NCBI GenBank assembly: GCA_024692925.1
Contig: JAILLX010000106.1
Span: 1 to 36,386, forward strand
Origin: a bacterium
GTDB taxonomy: Bacteria > Pseudomonadota > Alphaproteobacteria > Rs-D84 > CACZYB01
Direction of reading: 5' to 3'
DNA: 36,386 bases
Shown here: positions 33,529-36,386 of the stretch, piece by piece
Layout: each line of letters begins with the position of its first letter
Numbering within the stretch: the stretch's first letter is position 1
Notes under the pieces: generated by a model
The model's input: the letters and a program-made list of their open reading frames with translations, nothing else
What the model was told of the DNA's origin: nothing
Databases searched by the model: none
Position numbers and translations under genes: made by a program

Positions 33529-34222
33529 AAAAACATTATCATTCGTTCCTCTTAAAATATCTATTGCATTGTGTCTTGTGCTAATACTATCTGCACTATT
33601 TATTGCAATATCATTTTCCGCATCATTAGAAGAAGATAATTTTAAAATTGATGGCATTGCTGTTGCCAGATTTAAAAACACAAATAACGAATTCGAAGTA
33701 ATTCCATTTAATAACGATATTCCATCAACAAGAAAACAGGAATTTATGAAAAATTATCTAAAGGAATATGTTGTAAACCGCTACACCGTATCCGGCAATA
33801 TCGAAGAAATGAATCAAAGCCTTGGTTATAACGCTCCTGATTCTTTAAATGGTGGAATTTTACTTAAATATCCAAGTTATATGGGAACGGAAAATGGGCA
33901 ACCAGTTTGGACCAGTGCATACCAGGATTTTATAAAAAATGATTTGCCTGAAATAAAGGAACTTTTGAATTCAAACACTACTCGTTCTGTCAGAATTCTT
34001 TCTGAACCAAAAAAATCCGGTGATTGGTGGAGCATTACCGTTGAATTCATATATCGCAATCCAACGACTTATTCATTATCCGTTGCACGAAAGGAAAAGT
34101 ATGAAATTCGCCTTAACATTAAATCATACGGAATAAAACAGGTTGATCAAATAAACCCATATTTCCCAGCCGGAAATGTCTTTGCAACTATAATAATTAA
34201 CATACAAAAAATAAAACTTTAA
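33515..34222 (+). CDS. Bitopic membrane protein, second VirB8-like candidate
   Basis: SD ggagga. N-terminal TM ISIALCLVLILSALFIAISF. FMKNYLKEYVVNRYTVSG resembles the VirB8 helix-1 pattern. ~235 aa is typical VirB8 size. It overlaps the upstream gene by 14 nt. Confidence 0.42.
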   Translation: MQKDKKTLSFVPLKISIALCLVLILSALFIAISFSASLEEDNFKIDGIAVARFKNTNNEFEVIPFNNDIPSTRKQEFMKNYLKEYVVNRYTVSGNIEEMNQSLGYNAPDSLNGGILLKYPSYMGTENGQPVWTSAYQDFIKNDLPEIKELLNSNTTRSVRILSEPKKSGDWWSITVEFIYRNPTTYSLSVARKEKYEIRLNIKSYGIKQVDQINPYFPAGNVFATIIINIQKIKL

Positions 34223-34273
34223 AAATAACTTGAAATTTTGAATAAAAGCATATAAAATACATTCTATCTTTTC

Positions 34274-34349
34274 GGGTGATTAGCTCAGTTGGTAGAGCAA
34301 CTGACTCTTAATCAGTAGGTCGGGGGTTCGGATCCCCCATCACCCACCA
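34274..34349 (+). tRNA. tRNA-Lys (anticodon CUU)
   Basis: GGGTGATTAGCTCAGTTGGTAGAGCAACTGACTCTTAATCAGTAGGTCGGGGGTTCGGATCCCCCATCACCCACCA. Acceptor GGGTGAT/ATCACCC; D stem GCTC/GAGC; anticodon stem ACTGA/TCAGT with loop CTCTTAA; T stem GGGGG/CCCCC; CCA is encoded. Confidence 0.95.
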
Positions 34350-34409
34350 ATCTTCACAATACTAAAATTCAGGCTGGTTTTTTACATCAAAAATCACCGG
34401 TTCGATATA

Positions 34410-34447
34410 TAAAAGAATAAAGAAAAGCCCCCGCACAAGGCAGAGGC
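34410..34447 (-). terminator. Rho-independent terminator of the large surface-protein gene
   Basis: On the minus strand, gcctctgccttgtgcgggggc (34427-34447) folds into an 8-bp stem with two G-U pairs and loop cuugu. A T-rich tract follows. Confidence 0.55.
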
Positions 34448-34473
34448 ATTTTCAAAAGAAAGAAAATAAAATA

Positions 34474-36386
34474 CTAACTGTACTGTTTCTGATTATCATC
34501 CAAAATCGCACGAATCAAATCAGATCTAGTTTGATTAATATTCTTTGAAGGAAGAACATAGGACAAATCAGCTTCTGAAGGATTTTCCTTACCCTGATTT
34601 CCTGCTTTCTCCCATTGTTGAGCAGAATATGTTCCTGAAGTAACAGTCCTAGTTATAGCAAAGTTTGAAGGTTTAGCTCCTTCACTATTTGTTATAACTT
34701 CAGTAATACCATCACTAGTACCTACCGCTTTTATATTTGCGGCAGCAGAAACAGACAACTTCGAAACATCCACAGAATGAGCACCATTCATTTTTGTTTC
34801 ACGTGAAACACTACTATATACGAGTCTAGATCCAAACTTGTCTATATAATCCGGTGCATCGCCAGCAAATTCAATAACACCTCTTTGTGATCCAGTCAAA
34901 CTAATACCATTCAAATCAGATGCGAAACGAACATTAGTTAGACTCATAGATAATTCTGTCGGTGCAGAAGAACTTCTAACTCCTGTAATGTTTACATTAG
35001 ATGTATCTGTATTCATTACCAAAGCGGCATTGATGTCAAGATTATAAGCATTATTACTATAAGTATTTTCTTCATACATCGAACCTCCATTAAGGTATTC
35101 TTTTGCATTAAAAACTCCAAAATTATTTGTAAAACTCATAGTTTTCGAATTATTATAATATTTAGCAATAACAAGGTCAATATTTGTACCATATAAATTT
35201 GTTTCCTCAATATTAACACTTTCAACTTTCAAAGCCAAGGTTGGCAAATTTTCAGCTTCTGTATTTTTAATAAATTTTTCATAAAATGAAGAAATATTCG
35301 ATCCTCCAGTAATTGTACCAGAAATTGTTGTATTTGCCAAATTTTCAAATTCAACACCCCCGATAATACCACCTTGGTAAGTTTGGTTAGCATTTATACG
35401 AGTGTCTTCACCTAAGTTATAAGTTGTTTTCGACAAATCAACTTTTTTATCATTATCGGCAAACACCAAAGCTTTCTGAACAGTTTTTGCATCTACACTG
35501 TCAAAAATAGCAACATGTGATTGAACTTGAATACCAGGAACCAAATCTTTATAGAAATTATCACCAACTTGTGCATCACTATAATCAGGTTCATCAGCCT
35601 TTGCCATCAACTCCAAATTATTTTTGATAACAAATGTTTCTGCGGAAGCAGGATAAGCGGCAAAGTCAACAACACCTTCTGCTTTTCCATTTTCTGTAGC
35701 AGCAGTACGTACACTATCATATAATTCACGAAGAGCAAGAACATCGATTTCAGTTGAACCATTTGCAACCGCAACCTTAACACCTTCTACACTTGCCCAA
35801 TCAATATTTGCAATACCGGCTTCAGATGTAATTGTTGGATGAGCCTTTTGATAAGCTACTGAATTTTCATGAGCTGTATTATAAGCATTCACTGCATTTT
35901 GTGCAGTTGTATATTTTCCATCAACTGTATTATAAGCAGCATCATAAGTAGCTTTTTCATCATTAATACTTGCTTGATCATTCTTTGCAGCAGTACTCAA
36001 ACTCTTAATATTTTCAACATCATATGCATCTTTTGATTGATTGAAGATTTTATCATCCATAAAATCAGCAACAACCTTTACACCTTCTGCTAAAAGGTTA
36101 TTATAATTTTCTGTTGGAACAGCTTTTATAGCAGTAATATATGCATCACGTGCAGTCTTAAAATCACCATCTCTGTATGTTTCATACTCTGTCTTTTTCT
36201 CCAATGCAGTTGCATATTCAGTAAGAGAAGTATCTTCTGTACCAAGTGTTATTGTCTTTGTATAATCTGCAACATTATCTGCATTAGTTAAATCAGTCAA
36301 AGAATCAATTGCTGACCTTACTTCGTTAAGTTTTGTAATATATGCACTAACACCTTCTTCGTTTTTATGAGCAGAAAGAATATTAT
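34474..36386 (-). CDS. Large secreted/surface-type protein, C-terminal >635 aa (N-terminus beyond the window end)
   Basis: The reading frame stays open through 36301-36386 (..NILSAHKNEEGVSAYITKLNEVRSAIDS-LTDL..), so the TTG at 36300 is internal. The N-terminal part visible here is helical and rich in Ala, Lys, Glu and Thr. The C-terminal part is rich in Asn, Ser, Thr and Gly and looks beta-rich. There is no aromatic C-terminal residue typical of an OM beta-barrel. No family recognised. Confidence 0.72.
   Translation of the reverse strand, partial: NILSAHKNEEGVSAYITKLNEVRSAIDSLTDLTNADNVADYTKTITLGTEDTSLTEYATALEKKTEYETYRDGDFKTARDAYITAIKAVPTENYNNLLAEGVKVVADFMDDKIFNQSKDAYDVENIKSLSTAAKNDQASINDEKATYDAAYNTVDGKYTTAQNAVNAYNTAHENSVAYQKAHPTITSEAGIANIDWASVEGVKVAVANGSTEIDVLALRELYDSVRTAATENGKAEGVVDFAAYPASAETFVIKNNLELMAKADEPDYSDAQVGDNFYKDLVPGIQVQSHVAIFDSVDAKTVQKALVFADNDKKVDLSKTTYNLGEDTRINANQTYQGGIIGGVEFENLANTTISGTITGGSNISSFYEKFIKNTEAENLPTLALKVESVNIEETNLYGTNIDLVIAKYYNNSKTMSFTNNFGVFNAKEYLNGGSMYEENTYSNNAYNLDINAALVMNTDTSNVNITGVRSSSAPTELSMSLTNVRFASDLNGISLTGSQRGVIEFAGDAPDYIDKFGSRLVYSSVSRETKMNGAHSVDVSKLSVSAAANIKAVGTSDGITEVITNSEGAKPSNFAITRTVTSGTYSAQQWEKAGNQGKENPSEADLSYVLPSKNINQTRSDLIRAILDDNQKQYS

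Noticed and set aside
34350-34420. Partial duplicate of the tRNA-Lys 3' end (atcaccggttcga at ~34393-34405) as an island att site
   Set aside because: Only short scrambled fragments of the T-arm and acceptor sequence match, and not in the tRNA order. No integrase is present in the window. The evidence is insufficient.

Overview
AT-rich, very compact chromosomal segment of a diderm bacterium; many gene junctions are 0-15 nt or overlap. I call about 45 CDS and 2 tRNAs. I recognise no rRNA, CRISPR array, transposase or integrase.

Housekeeping backbone: rpsA (3' part), tolB, acpP, ruvX/yqgF, gatC, secF, mlaE-mlaF, rluD, ftsE-ftsX, a DUF218 gene, plsC, a HIT gene, an Smr gene, a bactofilin, tRNA-Thr(CGU), a DUF721/DciA-like gene, metG, hemW, rdgB, dnaB, a YqaA/DedA gene and tRNA-Lys(CUU).

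Several local arrangements are ones I associate with Alphaproteobacteria. These are an MJ0042-type zinc-ribbon gene divergent from ftsEX-DUF218-plsC, rdgB-hemW, DciA, and a DUF2934 protein. The scrambled operons (tolB without tolQRA or pal, gatC without gatAB, secF without secD, mlaEF without mlaD) suggest a reduced, possibly host-associated lineage. This taxonomy is inference only.

Most interesting accessory content:
1. 16004-20315 (-): a tightly coupled operon of three paralogous 450-500 aa proteins. Each has a prepilin (class III signal peptide)-like N-terminus, and no pilus or secretion machinery lies nearby.
2. Dispersed type IV secretion-like pieces: a VirB2/TrbC-like pilin at 8708-9112, and a small lipoprotein plus two VirB8-like bitopic proteins at 32522-34222.
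3. 6990-8591: an S41 (Ctp/Prc) peptidase homologue in which both catalytic-dyad residues are replaced.
4. 4075-4374: an ACP-like paralogue next to acpP that lacks the phosphopantetheine serine.
5. Several Cys-rich secreted or membrane proteins, one built of eukaryote-style CxxCPxGxY repeats.
6. 1924-2623: a 700-bp gene-free stretch containing a tandem array of small hairpin units whose mismatches resolve to G-U pairs only on the minus strand.
7. 34474 to the window end (-): a large surface-type protein beside tRNA-Lys.

All functional calls come from reading the translations by eye. No database search was run.
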